64,000 bases of DNA from Nitrosopumilaceae archaeon (GCA_965207375.1 OZ242274.1:448001-512000), one strand, 5' to 3'. Counted from the stretch's first letter, positions 1 through 10,510 are shown. Numbers and translations: made by a program. Notes: generated by a model not told the origin, from the letters alone.

Positions 1-1163
1 ATGATTTTGTTGTCTTTGTCATATAGATGATATGCATACATTGCGTTTCTGATGGGTTTTCCATTTTCGTCTAGAAAGGCAATGCTAAATGGAATTTCAT
101 CCATAGCGGCGTAATTGCTATCCCAAGAAATATCCACGGTGGAACCTACCTTGGCACCTGTTTCAGGATTTACAAGGTAAAATTGTTGGGTATTTTTAAT
201 TGTGTTACTTTGAGGTACAAGCTTGAAGTTCATTTTTGTAGAGTCATGATTTGAAGGGCCCAAGACCTGGTTTATGCGTTCTAGTTCTTCTTTAAGCACT
301 GAAAAGTGAATAACATTGTAATCACCATAAGTAAACGGATCTAAAACAAGAGTCCTGTCAGTCACCTCTACGTCGTTTACATAGCCCCTAAAGTCGCTGA
401 TATCGTATGGTTTGAAACTTTTTGGAACACGAATTTCTTGGTGGACAAGCTCTACCTGTGTAATGTAATCAGGAGACCAATCAAAGGGCATATCAAATGT
501 TAAAGAGTCATCGACAGTAGAATAATCAAGTGATATAATATCGTCATAGTATGTCTTTATGACAAGGGGGATTTCCTGTGCATGGGCAGATTGAATGAGA
601 AATTCTTGTTTCTGTGCCACACTAACAAAGGTTTCAAAGCTTAATACTTCTAGAACCTGGGTTTTAGGAGTTTCTGCACCCTCAATGTCAACTCGAATGT
701 TGTACAATCCGCCCTTGTCAAATATCAACCCTTGAATAACTGGGAGGCTTTCGCCTCTGGCAAACAAGCCTCCGGCAATCGTATGTTTCTCTCCATAGTA
801 CTTTGCACATTTATGCAGTTCTACTTCAGAGCATGAATAGATGGGTCGAACCTCCACATCAAGCCAGCCATCAGTATCATAAAATAGATTTCTGGCAAGC
901 AGGTCACCACTACGCCAGATTTCAATTCTGTACAGCACATTATCAAGAGAAGAATTAGTTATAGTATCAAAGAATCGTACTCCTATATTTGCGTCATTAA
1001 TCTCACCTACGGTAATATCTGCAGGAGTCATTTCTGTACGTACGGTAACATTCATTCCTTCAAAGCTTATTGGTTCGGCCTGATCTGCACCGCCACCGTG
1101 ACCAAAAGCATCACCTACAAATGGAACAGCAATTAATCCCATCAATGAAAACAAAAGAGCCAT
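1..1163 (-). CDS. Secreted thaumarchaeal protein, paralogue of the PEFG-CTERM protein at 7294-8661 (3' end runs off the window)
   Basis: Manual translation from ATG 1163: MALLFSLMGLIAVPFVGDAFG|HGGGADQAEPISFEGMNVTVRTE...; shares GGLY.., K[ST]Y[YF]D, F.MPFDWS and H.E motifs with the 7294 ORF. Confidence 0.8.
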   Translation of the reverse strand, partial: MALLFSLMGLIAVPFVGDAFGHGGGADQAEPISFEGMNVTVRTEMTPADITVGEINDANIGVRFFDTITNSSLDNVLYRIEIWRSGDLLARNLFYDTDGWLDVEVRPIYSCSEVELHKCAKYYGEKHTIAGGLFARGESLPVIQGLIFDKGGLYNIRVDIEGAETPKTQVLEVLSFETFVSVAQKQEFLIQSAHAQEIPLVIKTYYDDIISLDYSTVDDSLTFDMPFDWSPDYITQVELVHQEIRVPKSFKPYDISDFRGYVNDVEVTDRTLVLDPFTYGDYNVIHFSVLKEELERINQVLGPSNHDSTKMNFKLVPQSNTIKNTQQFYLVNPETGAKVGSTVDISWDSNYAAMDEIPFSIAFLDENGKPIRNAMYAYHLYDKDNKI

Positions 1164-1288
1164 CTTGTACAAGTATGATAAATGTATGTTTTTCCTTATT
1201 TAAATATACGATTAAATTCCTGCCTGCGAATTTATCTAGTCGTGTAAATTTTCAAAATTTTTATTACCTGCATAAAAAAATAAAAAGT

Positions 1289-2092
1289 GTGAAATTTCTA
1301 TCGGTTTTGTTGCTGGTTCCACTCTTTATGTCACCAGCATTTGGAGCCGTTGCACCAACTGATGGCGGTTCATTAGATGTTGATTTTTCTTATCCAGACA
1401 AAGTAATGGCAGGAGAAGAGATCAAAATGGATATTGATTTTATAAATCCGACCACGCAGAAAACACAAATCCATATTGATTATTTCGTGACGGTTTTAGA
1501 GGAGGGCAGTGAAATATTTGGACCGACAAACAGAATCCACACTTCAGAAGGCAAAATAAGCGTTCCAATTCAATTTCAACGAGACGGGCAATATGAAGTA
1601 AAAATTGACATTGATGGCATACTGTTTAACGCAATTCCAACTGAAACTGTTTCATTTCCGTTAATTGTAGGCGATGTAGCTGCAAGTCAGGATCCACTGC
1701 AAACAAACACAGATGATAACGGATGCCTCATTGCAACTGCGGCATTTGGAACAGAATTATCAGAGGAGGTGCAGATGTTAAGGGAAATTAGAGACAATTC
1801 GTTGCTTGCAACAGAATCAGGTTCTGCATTTATGAATTCGTTTAATCAGTTTTATTATTTGTTTTCTCCTACAATAGCTGATTGGCAAAGACAAAATCCT
1901 GCATTTAATGAGGCTGTAAAAATCACCATTACTCCATTGCTCTCAACGTTGGCTATATTGAACTATGCAGGTATGGATTCTGAAGAAAAAGTATTAGGAT
2001 ACGGAATCGGAGTCATTGCTCTTAATTTGGGAATATATCTTGGATTGCCGGTAGCAGGTATTCTAAAATTGTACCAGATCCGCAGGAATTAA
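1289..2092 (+). CDS. Secreted protein with CFI-box-CTERM sorting domain
   Basis: Signal peptide after GTG 1289 (ORF track start 1070 overlaps the opposite gene); GCLIATAAFGTELS..VQMLREIRD motif; C-terminal TM plus basic tail. Confidence 0.85.
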   Translation: MKFLSVLLLVPLFMSPAFGAVAPTDGGSLDVDFSYPDKVMAGEEIKMDIDFINPTTQKTQIHIDYFVTVLEEGSEIFGPTNRIHTSEGKISVPIQFQRDGQYEVKIDIDGILFNAIPTETVSFPLIVGDVAASQDPLQTNTDDNGCLIATAAFGTELSEEVQMLREIRDNSLLATESGSAFMNSFNQFYYLFSPTIADWQRQNPAFNEAVKITITPLLSTLAILNYAGMDSEEKVLGYGIGVIALNLGIYLGLPVAGILKLYQIRRN

Positions 2093-2152
2093 TTCCATTC
2101 TTGTTGAAAATGCAAGAGAGGTTTTTATTTAACCGAGAGAGGAATTAGATTA

Positions 2153-3010
2153 ATGAAGATACTAGCAATAGGATCTCTATTTGTTCTATTTGCAATAGTA
2201 GCAGGCATTAATGCAGCTCCAGCATTTGCTGATCATGGAAAAGCAACAGTTGACATGCCAGAAGGTACGGGAGTACCAGGCTGTGAAGTTGACAACACAT
2301 GCTTTGTACCATACGAGGTTACAGTTGATGTGGGCGGCGAGGTGACATGGACAAACAGCGACACAACAATACACTTTGTCAGTACAGGAGACTTGAGTAC
2401 AGATCCAAACATGGTAGGAACTGATTACCCAAATGGATTTGACAGTGGTATTGTAAATCTAGGTACTGAATTCTCACACAAGTTTGAAGAGGCAGGTACA
2501 TATCCGTACTTTTGTGGAGTGCACCCTTGGATGAAAGGCATAGTCTACGTTGAAGCAACAGGCGGCGACAAGATGGATGGCATGATGCAACCAAAATCAA
2601 TCGACGACATTATGGCAACCATTACATCTGAAGATGCAATGCAAAACAGTCCACTTTCTATCGATGTGGCAATCACTGACCTAAAAGGCGGCGCACTTGA
2701 ACACGTCAATTTTAAAATTACTGCATCACAAGGTGATAAAGTAATTTTAGAAGAGTCAGTACATACTCATGACGGTATGGCCACAACAATGACTGCACCT
2801 GTACCGATGGAGGTATCTGAAGACATGCCAGTAAACATAACAGTCGAACTAGAAGGATTCGGCGTTGATGAAGTAACTGGACCCTCAGGCCAATTAGCTA
2901 CCAAGCAAGTAGTTCCAGAGTTTGGAACAATCGCAATGATGATTCTTGGCATATCCATCATAAGCATTATTGCAATAACTGCAAAATCTAGAGTAATTCC
3001 AAGAATCTAG
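2153..3010 (+). CDS. Blue (type 1) copper plastocyanin/azurin-like protein with PEFG-CTERM anchor
   Basis: Signal peptide, WTNSD..IH, YPYFCGVHPWM copper ligands, VVPEFG + TM tail. Confidence 0.92.
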   Translation: MKILAIGSLFVLFAIVAGINAAPAFADHGKATVDMPEGTGVPGCEVDNTCFVPYEVTVDVGGEVTWTNSDTTIHFVSTGDLSTDPNMVGTDYPNGFDSGIVNLGTEFSHKFEEAGTYPYFCGVHPWMKGIVYVEATGGDKMDGMMQPKSIDDIMATITSEDAMQNSPLSIDVAITDLKGGALEHVNFKITASQGDKVILEESVHTHDGMATTMTAPVPMEVSEDMPVNITVELEGFGVDEVTGPSGQLATKQVVPEFGTIAMMILGISIISIIAITAKSRVIPRI

Positions 3011-3021
3011 GGAATCTCTTT

Positions 3022-3648
3022 CTATTTTCTTTTTAGCATAGATACAATCGCCAAGATTACACCTGCTGCACCTAATGACAGTCCAAATATTGCAAAGTCA
3101 TATGCTGCACCGCTATCTGTACCAGACGAAACGCCATTTTCTTTGAGGTCTGCAACATCACGCTGTAGCTGAGACAGCGCTTGCTTGAGTGGGCCAATAT
3201 CATCAGAGCCACTAGAAGATTTTGGTGGAAAATCAAGAATTGCCGTGCTTTCCACATCCTCTATTGGAATGTCAACTGAGACTGCAACACCTTCAAGCTC
3301 TCCTGTTATTTCTACAGAATAGGTGCCAGTTTTTGTAGGAATAATATCTGCAAAGTAATGTCCCGGCCTAGGATCAGAGCCCACATCTAGCTGCTTGCTT
3401 GTGCCTCCAAATTTAATTACGGCATCAAGATTTGTAAATGCATTTTTTATGCCTGATGTGACGCCTGCAGATTCTCCACGCTCAGATATATCAAAGACAA
3501 TCAGGTTGCGATAGGATACAACCGGAGGCTCAATTCCCCAACCTACCTCAATTGAATATTGCTCCACCTCCACGGTAGTATGAGCATAGACCGAAGAGAT
3601 TGAACCAGAAACTAGCAAAAATACAAAAAGTGCAAGGATGTTCCTCAT
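3022..3648 (-). CDS. Conserved secreted/membrane-anchored protein of the copper cluster
   Basis: Signal peptide MRNILALF...AYA|HTT, GWGIEPP motif, C-terminal TM; start moved to ATG 3648. Confidence 0.75.
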   Translation of the reverse strand: MRNILALFVFLLVSGSISSVYAHTTVEVEQYSIEVGWGIEPPVVSYRNLIVFDISERGESAGVTSGIKNAFTNLDAVIKFGGTSKQLDVGSDPRPGHYFADIIPTKTGTYSVEITGELEGVAVSVDIPIEDVESTAILDFPPKSSSGSDDIGPLKQALSQLQRDVADLKENGVSSGTDSGAAYDFAIFGLSLGAAGVILAIVSMLKRK

Positions 3649-3748
3649 TGATTCAGATGTAAAATTCCAGATGATTTTAACATTGCTAGATTGGTACATG
3701 TATCAAATTATTAAACTGTTTAAATTATCAGCAAACGCGATATACAAT

Positions 3749-6502
3749 ATGAAAAAAACCATGCCGATTTTATTTATAATTCTAGTATCACTTGTTCCAT
3801 TTGCTAGCGCTCATCCATTTACACTAGATACGATTCCTGCACAGTCATCTAATGCACCAGCAGGTACATCTCAGGTAATAATATTTTATTCTGAGGAGCT
3901 AGAGATCGAGTTTAGTTCGCTCAAGGTGTTTGACAATAATGGAAATCAGATTGATAACAGAGATACCAGCTATTATGAAGATGAAAAATCCCTGATAGTT
4001 ACAACTGCTCCACTAGAAGAAGGCATATACACAGTAGCAAGCAAGGTACTATCCAAAGTAGACGGACATCTAGTTCCCAGCGCATTTGTTTTTGGAATAG
4101 GAGATGTGACAGTATCAGATATCGATGTTGACAATTCGGAATTGATATTTTATCCAGAAGCAGGTGCAAGGTTTCCAGGACTGGTGGGTCAGACGATTAT
4201 ACTAGGTGCTGCAATTGCATCAATTGTAATTTGGGGAACACAAAGAAAAGATTTCATAAAAACAGAATTGGGTAATCTAGAGGCAGCGTATAAGAGTAAA
4301 TTTTTTGCCATAATTGGAATTGGAGCCATAACGGTTCTTGCATCAAATATTTTAATGCTAATAATACAGACGTTACGGCTAGAAACCTCTGCCATTGAAA
4401 CATTGCAAACATCCTTTGGAATGACGTGGAGTGTGAGGATGGGGATTACGATTTCATTACTAGTTGCATGGTTTGTCCTTGAAAGGAGAAAAAAACTAGC
4501 CATAAAGTCACAGATTCTGATTCTTGCCATATCTTTGATACTTGTTGCAACCACTACGATGATCGGTCATGGTGCTGCAAGCGAGCAAATAGGCGCAATA
4601 ATCCTAGATTATGTACATAATGTAGTGGCAGCTGCGTGGATAGGAGGGGTTATTTTCTTTGCATTTGCGTTGCTACCGATTTTATCAGGATTAAAGGAAG
4701 AGTATTGCGAAAAAATGTCTTTGCTGCTTTTGCCGAAATTTTCAATTATGATAGTAATTGCACTAGGAATTGTAATTATTTCAGGACCTATTCTGATGTG
4801 GTTCCTAGAAAGCAATGTAAGTACAATAGTAGAATCAACATATGGAAAGCTGATCATTGCAAAGATCATCATTGCTGCAATAATGATAGGAATAGGAGGA
4901 TATCACCAGTTTGGCACACAAAGAAGGGCAGAACGCAATTTGGGCTCAAAGATACGTGTTCATAAAAAACTAAGACGTACACTAAAGGCAGAAGTGGTTC
5001 TTGGAATAGCGCTACTAGGAGTGGTTGCGCTGTTGACTAATGGAACATTGCCTGCAGGTGAGATACAAAGTGCCGATGCTGGAGGTACAGATTATGGGTT
5101 GGTCACAGTTGAATTTGCAGAGTCTACGAAATTTTATGTAGACATATTCCCATTTACAAGTGGCGTAAATTCAATCAAGGTCATGGCAACTGATTTGCAA
5201 GACGGTCCAATTTCAGATTTAGACGGTATAAAGGTCAAAATTTCAAATCCTGAAAAAAACATCACACCAATTGAAATTGAAATGACACAAAGCGAAACAG
5301 GAATATTTGATGGAGAGACGACATTTGGATTTTCAGGCAACTGGCTAGTTGAAATTGAGGCGCAAAAAACCGAGTCAATCAGCGAGGCAATAGCACTAAA
5401 TCTGTTGGTAAAGCCGCGCCTAGAAAATCTACAAACTGATATCACACAGTATGCGTTACCAGAACAGGCAAGACCGCTTTATCTGATTTTTGACGGCAAG
5501 GAGGCAATTTGGATCAGCGACAAGCTGCGGCCAGCATTGTGGAGGTTTGACATTGAGGAGGAAAAATTTGAAAAAATCGACCTTGCAGGACAGTCAACGC
5601 AGGCGTTGGCAATTGACCATGATGGAAAAATATGGTTTACAGATATTGCAGAAGAAAAAATAGGATACTATGATCCGGCAAATAGACACATAGAAATTTT
5701 TGCATTTCCACAAATGGTACCGTACACGGTAAAATCCACACCCATTGGATTAGAGGTGGACAAAGACAATGACATTTGGGTATCTATCATAACAAAGGGG
5801 GTTTTGCTAGAATATGATCAAAAAGCCGGTAATTTTGAGGAATATAAATTAGAAAACCAGCAGGGTGCCCCATTTGACATAATTGAAGACAAAGATGGAA
5901 CGATACTATACACAGAATCTGCTACAGGGAAAATAGGAACGATCAATCCAGATACAAAGGAGAATGAGTATTTGCCTTTGGAATATCTGATGGCAAGTCC
6001 AGAGGCATTTGTGTTTGACAAATCAGGGAATTTGTGGATTACAGAACATTCTGGAGCTGCAATTTCAAAATATAATCCTATTTTGCAGACACTGGAAAAA
6101 ATACCAGTGATTAATTCTGACTCGCTACCGTTTGGAATGGCATTTGACAGATATGACAACATCTGGTTTGCAGAGCATCAGATTGATTCAATTGGAGTCT
6201 ACGATCCTCACAACAATGACATGAAATCAATCCCGGTCCCATCACAGGCGTCATTTGTACAGTACATCACATCTGATAATAATGGAAATATCTGGTTTGC
6301 AGAAGAAGGGACAGGCAAAATAGGAATAATAAAGATCACAGAAATTCCTGCAACAGTTACGCAAAGACAGACAGAAACGAAAATACTATACACCGAATTG
6401 GCATCACCGTTGATGGCATTAGGAATTGTTGCAACCTCGCTGTTTTTTGTCAAAAGCATACAAGACAAACGCCGTCTAAATGAAAAGGTACCTAACGCTT
6501 GA
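3749..6502 (+). CDS. CopC-CopD copper uptake/resistance fusion with C-terminal Vgb-like beta-propeller
   Basis: ASA|HP..., S.VDGH CopC motif, multi-TM CopD region (GH, H....AAWIGG, YG), repeated G.IWF propeller blades; start MKKT at 3749. Confidence 0.9.
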   Translation: MKKTMPILFIILVSLVPFASAHPFTLDTIPAQSSNAPAGTSQVIIFYSEELEIEFSSLKVFDNNGNQIDNRDTSYYEDEKSLIVTTAPLEEGIYTVASKVLSKVDGHLVPSAFVFGIGDVTVSDIDVDNSELIFYPEAGARFPGLVGQTIILGAAIASIVIWGTQRKDFIKTELGNLEAAYKSKFFAIIGIGAITVLASNILMLIIQTLRLETSAIETLQTSFGMTWSVRMGITISLLVAWFVLERRKKLAIKSQILILAISLILVATTTMIGHGAASEQIGAIILDYVHNVVAAAWIGGVIFFAFALLPILSGLKEEYCEKMSLLLLPKFSIMIVIALGIVIISGPILMWFLESNVSTIVESTYGKLIIAKIIIAAIMIGIGGYHQFGTQRRAERNLGSKIRVHKKLRRTLKAEVVLGIALLGVVALLTNGTLPAGEIQSADAGGTDYGLVTVEFAESTKFYVDIFPFTSGVNSIKVMATDLQDGPISDLDGIKVKISNPEKNITPIEIEMTQSETGIFDGETTFGFSGNWLVEIEAQKTESISEAIALNLLVKPRLENLQTDITQYALPEQARPLYLIFDGKEAIWISDKLRPALWRFDIEEEKFEKIDLAGQSTQALAIDHDGKIWFTDIAEEKIGYYDPANRHIEIFAFPQMVPYTVKSTPIGLEVDKDNDIWVSIITKGVLLEYDQKAGNFEEYKLENQQGAPFDIIEDKDGTILYTESATGKIGTINPDTKENEYLPLEYLMASPEAFVFDKSGNLWITEHSGAAISKYNPILQTLEKIPVINSDSLPFGMAFDRYDNIWFAEHQIDSIGVYDPHNNDMKSIPVPSQASFVQYITSDNNGNIWFAEEGTGKIGIIKITEIPATVTQRQTETKILYTELASPLMALGIVATSLFFVKSIQDKRRLNEKVPNA

Positions 6503-6637
6503 TCAGATTAAGGCGTTTGGAACTGTAGATATTACAATTGAAATCAGTACGATGATTCCAGATGGCGTTATATCAAAGATGTAAGAAATGAATCCAGAGA
6601 CAACAGATGTTACACCGAATCCTATCGAAATAAGCAT
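6503..6637 (-). pseudogene. C-terminal remnant of a ZnuB/ABC-3 family metal ABC transporter permease
   Basis: Manual translation MLISIGFGVTSVVSGFISYIFDITPSGIIVLISIV...; resembles the last two TMs of ZnuB-type permeases; upstream part replaced by MITEs. Confidence 0.6.
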
Positions 6638-6647
6638 TTGGTATTTT

Positions 6648-6720
6648 GTACTTTTTACCTCGTACCTAATTTTTCAATTATACCATCTGAGCACAACTTA
6701 ACTCTTACGTGAACAAATAC
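6648..6720. mobile_element. MITE family B, degenerate copy
   Basis: Aligns by eye to 36241-36335 (acctcgt.cctaatttttcaat...accatctg...ttaactct..tacgtgaacaa.tac); flanks ggtatttt/ggaatttc resemble a decayed 8-bp TSD. Confidence 0.7.
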
Positions 6721-6746
6721 GGAATTTCTAAATCCTTGGTAATACT

Positions 6747-6842
6747 CAGCTAAGCAAAATGTGAGTAAAATAGGTCAATCTACCCCAAAATGCAGAGAAC
6801 GATATTGGTGGAAAATAATTTGGATCACATTTCGCTTAGCTG
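6747..6842. mobile_element. MITE family A (ISH3-like ends)
   Basis: 18-bp TIRs cagctaagcaaaatgtga / tcacatttcgcttagctg (1 mismatch); interior similar to the reverse complement of 34867-34966. Confidence 0.8.
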
Positions 6843-6933
6843 TCATACCCAAAAATATTACAAGCTATTAATAAATGTATAAAAAATTAATAATTGTATC
6901 CATTAATTAATAAGAAATTTAATAATATCAAAC

Positions 6934-7308
6934 ATGACAATAGTCTCAATCTCATTAAACGATGAGATACTCTGAGTTGGATAAACTATAGTCATCAATG
7001 GGATTTACGGGTAGATCAGAGACAATCAGAGCAGGCATTAGAAGCTTTATTGCCGAAGAAAAACAAAAGGCAGAAACTAGAGGGAAATGTTCATGCAATT
7101 TTGCTTGTAGTACACAATGACGAATATGATGATATTGTGTCGCATCTAAAGCACGATTTTGAGGATCTAATTACAACACATCTTCATAGCAAAATTGAAG
7201 GAGAAAAATGCATGGAGTTGTTTGTAATAGACGGAGAATCTTCAAAAGTACAATTATTAGGGATTTTCAAACAAAAAGATGGACACGGTAAAACTAGTAA
7301 CTATGTAG
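6934..7308 (+). pseudogene. NikR/CopG-family ribbon-helix-helix metalloregulator, pseudogene
   Basis: MTIVSISLNDEIL / ELDKL*SSMGFTGRSETIRAGIR / ...H...HLHSKI...CMELFV / MDTVKLV; several frameshifts and one in-frame TAG. Confidence 0.85.
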
Positions 7309-8661
7309 TTGCTTTCGTCCAAAGATAACCACCGATGTCATTGCAGCCATCAAAACTAGAGATGCAATCAATCCAAACTCGGGAGCAACAACTATTCCAA
7401 ACTCGGTGGACTGTCCGGAACCACGAATATTTTCAAATCTGATTACGGTGGGCCCTGTTTGATCCTCTGAGAACGTATAATCAACAAAATCTCCACCTAC
7501 CTGTGCATTACCTGACTGCCTGTGAATTTCCTGGCCGCCTTGCAATACTACAAAATCAAAGCTTGAATTTCGCAAGGGTTCAGCTGTGGCACCGTCCCTA
7601 ATTGTAAAAACAAATTTTGTTTTTTGTTCTGGCAGAATCTCTAACGGATCCCAAAATAGATCTACTTGAAATGATTCATCACGAGTCCACGCCGAAATTG
7701 GAAATTCGACCTCAGAATCAGTCTCTAGTGTAAAGATCATTTTGTCCTGTATCGGCTGATCTGATTGCTTTAGTTGATTTTTCAAATGTTTTAGATGATC
7801 CTGAAGCAATACAAAATGCACAATGCGCTCAGATTCCTCAGTATAATCATCAATGGTAATTGATGACTTGAACAGCTCAACGCCATTTACCGTACCTGAA
7901 TAACTAGGAGTAAAAAAATCTGCAAAGTCCTTTGGGAAATGAACCTCCTCATGTATTACAGGAATATGGGAAATTCGCTTTTCACTCCAATCAAAGGGCA
8001 TCTCAAATGTCACCACCCTTTTTACAGGATCATAATGAAACGAATCAATGGAATCAAAGTATGATTTGGTCCTAAATTTTACGTCATTGTCTGCCTCATC
8101 TTGCTCGATAAATTCAGAGATTTCGACAATTGTTACATCTGCAGTGTACACGCCTGAATCCTCGATAACATTTGTTGGCTGCTCAATTGTGCGAAGCTCA
8201 ATTTCAAACGTGTACAGACCTCCTGATTCAAAAACAGGCCCTGTAATCTCTAGGGGCTGCTCAGATGTGGCGTGCCAGGCCCCCAAAAGCGAATCCTGTT
8301 GCCCATGAATCCGAACTTCATCTTCGTCTGTGTGTTTGACATTAATTAAGAGATTTCCAGTATCTGTAAAAAAGTAATTTCTAAAGATCATTTGCCCGTC
8401 AGAAAATAATCCAATCAGATATGTCACATTTGGAACGTTTTCGTTGGTTTGCTTGTCAACTGTAGTAATTACGACCTGTCGCTGATTGGTGTCATCATAG
8501 TATGACGGAATCTCCACAGTAACTGAGACTTCCTTGTCATCTATTATAATTGAGGATATGGTATCTAATCCGAGTCCGTGGCCTGATGCTGTAGGCATGT
8601 ACATTACACACAATGCTGCTACAAAGAAAACAAATGCTGTGCTATATTTCATAAATTTCAT
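7294..8661 (-). CDS. Secreted PEFG-CTERM sorting domain protein
   Basis: Signal peptide ending ASG|HGLG, VAPEFG + TM + basic tail; start MKFMKY at 8661. Confidence 0.85.
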   Translation of the reverse strand: MKFMKYSTAFVFFVAALCVMYMPTASGHGLGLDTISSIIIDDKEVSVTVEIPSYYDDTNQRQVVITTVDKQTNENVPNVTYLIGLFSDGQMIFRNYFFTDTGNLLINVKHTDEDEVRIHGQQDSLLGAWHATSEQPLEITGPVFESGGLYTFEIELRTIEQPTNVIEDSGVYTADVTIVEISEFIEQDEADNDVKFRTKSYFDSIDSFHYDPVKRVVTFEMPFDWSEKRISHIPVIHEEVHFPKDFADFFTPSYSGTVNGVELFKSSITIDDYTEESERIVHFVLLQDHLKHLKNQLKQSDQPIQDKMIFTLETDSEVEFPISAWTRDESFQVDLFWDPLEILPEQKTKFVFTIRDGATAEPLRNSSFDFVVLQGGQEIHRQSGNAQVGGDFVDYTFSEDQTGPTVIRFENIRGSGQSTEFGIVVAPEFGLIASLVLMAAMTSVVIFGRKQLHSY

Positions 8662-8683
8662 TTTTGGAATCACCGTTATAAGC

Positions 8684-9622
8684 CTAAAATCCGCGCTCAT
8701 CAAATGTCAACCCTAATAGTGCAGCACGCGTATATTTTCCGTATTCGGCCTGTTGAAAATATTTTGCATTGGGAGTAGAATCGACTTCTGGAGATATCTC
8801 GTCTAATCTTGGAAGCGGATGTAAAATTATTGCATCCTGTTTCATTTTCTGTAACAGGTCAAGGCCTATGACATAGCTTCCCCTTACCTTCATGTACTCC
8901 TCCTCGTCTGGAAATCTTTCCTTTTGAATTCGTGTCACGTAAATGACATCAAGCTCATCGATGTAATCCTCAATATTTGTAGATTCTGTAAAAGAAATTC
9001 GTTGCTTGATATCATATGTGGAATCTGGTCTAATTTTTAGAGACTCGGGGGAAATCAAATGTATGTCGACATTGTAGTTGCCTAGTCCGTACAAAAGAGA
9101 GTAGACGGTTCGTCCGTATTTTAAATCACCTACGATTCCGATTTTCAGTCCGTCAATTTTGTGTTTTTCCTTTTTAATTGTAAACAAATCCTGTATTGCC
9201 TGTGTGGGATGCTCCTCGGTACCTGAGCCTGCATTAATTACGGGCTTTGATGATACCTCTGCTGCAAATCTGCTAGAACCATCTAGAGAATGTCGCAGTA
9301 CCAAAACATCAGAATATATCGACATTATTTTTATCGTATCTGACAGGCTCTCACCTTTTTGCGTAGATGATGATTTGATATCAGCAATTCCCAAGGATGT
9401 TCCCCCAATTGATGCCATCGCAGATTCAAAGCTTAGGCGGGTTCTAGTACTTGGCTCAAAGAAAAGATATCCCAAGGTCTTGCCGCGTCCAATCTCTCTT
9501 CTTTGGACAGGGCTCATACTCATGATCTTCTCTGTGGCATCAAAGATGTGTTCAAGCTTTGGCCTGTCAAAATCCTTTATGGATATTACGTCTCTGCCAA
9601 AGAATTCATTCATGTCTTTCAA
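8684..9622 (-). CDS. pyrB: Aspartate carbamoyltransferase catalytic subunit
   Basis: FFEPSTRTRLSF, HPTQ, GDLKYGRT, RIQKER, HPLP motifs. Confidence 0.97.
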   Translation of the reverse strand: MKDMNEFFGRDVISIKDFDRPKLEHIFDATEKIMSMSPVQRREIGRGKTLGYLFFEPSTRTRLSFESAMASIGGTSLGIADIKSSSTQKGESLSDTIKIMSIYSDVLVLRHSLDGSSRFAAEVSSKPVINAGSGTEEHPTQAIQDLFTIKKEKHKIDGLKIGIVGDLKYGRTVYSLLYGLGNYNVDIHLISPESLKIRPDSTYDIKQRISFTESTNIEDYIDELDVIYVTRIQKERFPDEEEYMKVRGSYVIGLDLLQKMKQDAIILHPLPRLDEISPEVDSTPNAKYFQQAEYGKYTRAALLGLTFDERGF

Positions 9623-9655
9623 TCATATATACGGGTGCATATACAAAGTATTCTG

Positions 9656-10120
9656 ATGCAAGAGTCAGAGCTTATCGTGAGGAGAATCAAGGAGGGTACA
9701 GTTATTGACCATATTGATGAGGGAAAGGGCCTACCTGTACTAAATGCGCTCAGAATAGATGGCAGTGACGGCAGCCTAATCACGCTTGCACTAAATGTTC
9801 CAAGCGGCAAATTCAAGAAAAAAGACATCATCAAGGTCGAAAACAAGTTTCTAAGGGATGATGACACAAGCAAGCTTGCAGTTATTGCCCCCAAGGCCAC
9901 AGTAAACATAATCAAAGATTACAAGCTTGCAGAAAAGAGAAGAATATCTCTGCCAAATGAGATTGACAAGATATTTCGTTGTTCAAATCCAGAATGTATA
10001 ACCAACAGTTCAGAACATATCGAGTCGGTCATGGACGTAGTTGACAAGGACAAATTGATTCTAAAATGTCGCTATTGTAGCCGAATACTTGACGTAAACA
10101 GTCTAAACTATAACGCATAA
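9656..10120 (+). CDS. pyrI: Aspartate carbamoyltransferase regulatory subunit
   Basis: GTVIDHI, KDIIK, CSNPECIT...CRYC zinc site; divergent from pyrB; start MQESEL at 9656. Confidence 0.95.
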   Translation: MQESELIVRRIKEGTVIDHIDEGKGLPVLNALRIDGSDGSLITLALNVPSGKFKKKDIIKVENKFLRDDDTSKLAVIAPKATVNIIKDYKLAEKRRISLPNEIDKIFRCSNPECITNSSEHIESVMDVVDKDKLILKCRYCSRILDVNSLNYNA

Positions 10121-10146
10121 AAATCTAAAAAGATTAACGACTGGGT

Positions 10147-10458
10147 TTATTGTCCCAGGATGATAAACATCATTACGATACCGTAGATTGCAATTGATTC
10201 TACCATACCTACGAAGATGAATACTTTTGACTGTAATGCCGGATTCTCACTGATAACTGCAAGTCCTGCTGCACCCACTTGGCCTAGACCAATTCCTGCG
10301 CCGCCTGCTGCAATTCCAAATGCCAAACCTGCACCGAGGAGTTTCATAGAGTCTGCTTGGCTCATTTCACCATCACCTTCGGCTGCATAAGCTAGTCCAG
10401 TCAAACCTGTAAATGAGATTACAAGTGTTGCCAAAAGTAACAAGACTATAGGTTTCAT
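10147..10458 (-). CDS. atpK: A-type ATP synthase proteolipid subunit K (c)
   Basis: GAGLAFGIAAGGAGIG hairpin and conserved Glu in VESIAIYG. Confidence 0.95.
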   Translation of the reverse strand: MKPIVLLLLATLVISFTGLTGLAYAAEGDGEMSQADSMKLLGAGLAFGIAAGGAGIGLGQVGAAGLAVISENPALQSKVFIFVGMVESIAIYGIVMMFIILGQ

Positions 10459-10510
10459 TGATATCCTCGCTCTCTAAACTCCATATTTAAATCATGATAA
10501 TTTTTTATGA

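Noticed and set aside
1070-1288. Long N-terminal extensions in the ORF track (also at 3638, 9503, 15057, 15163, 29240, 61995)
   Set aside because: They overlap divergent genes or promoters and lack family similarity; downstream starts give signal peptides or conserved N-termini
7050-7328. 92-aa ORF as an intact gene
   Set aside because: It is one reading-frame fragment of the frameshifted NikR-like pseudogene
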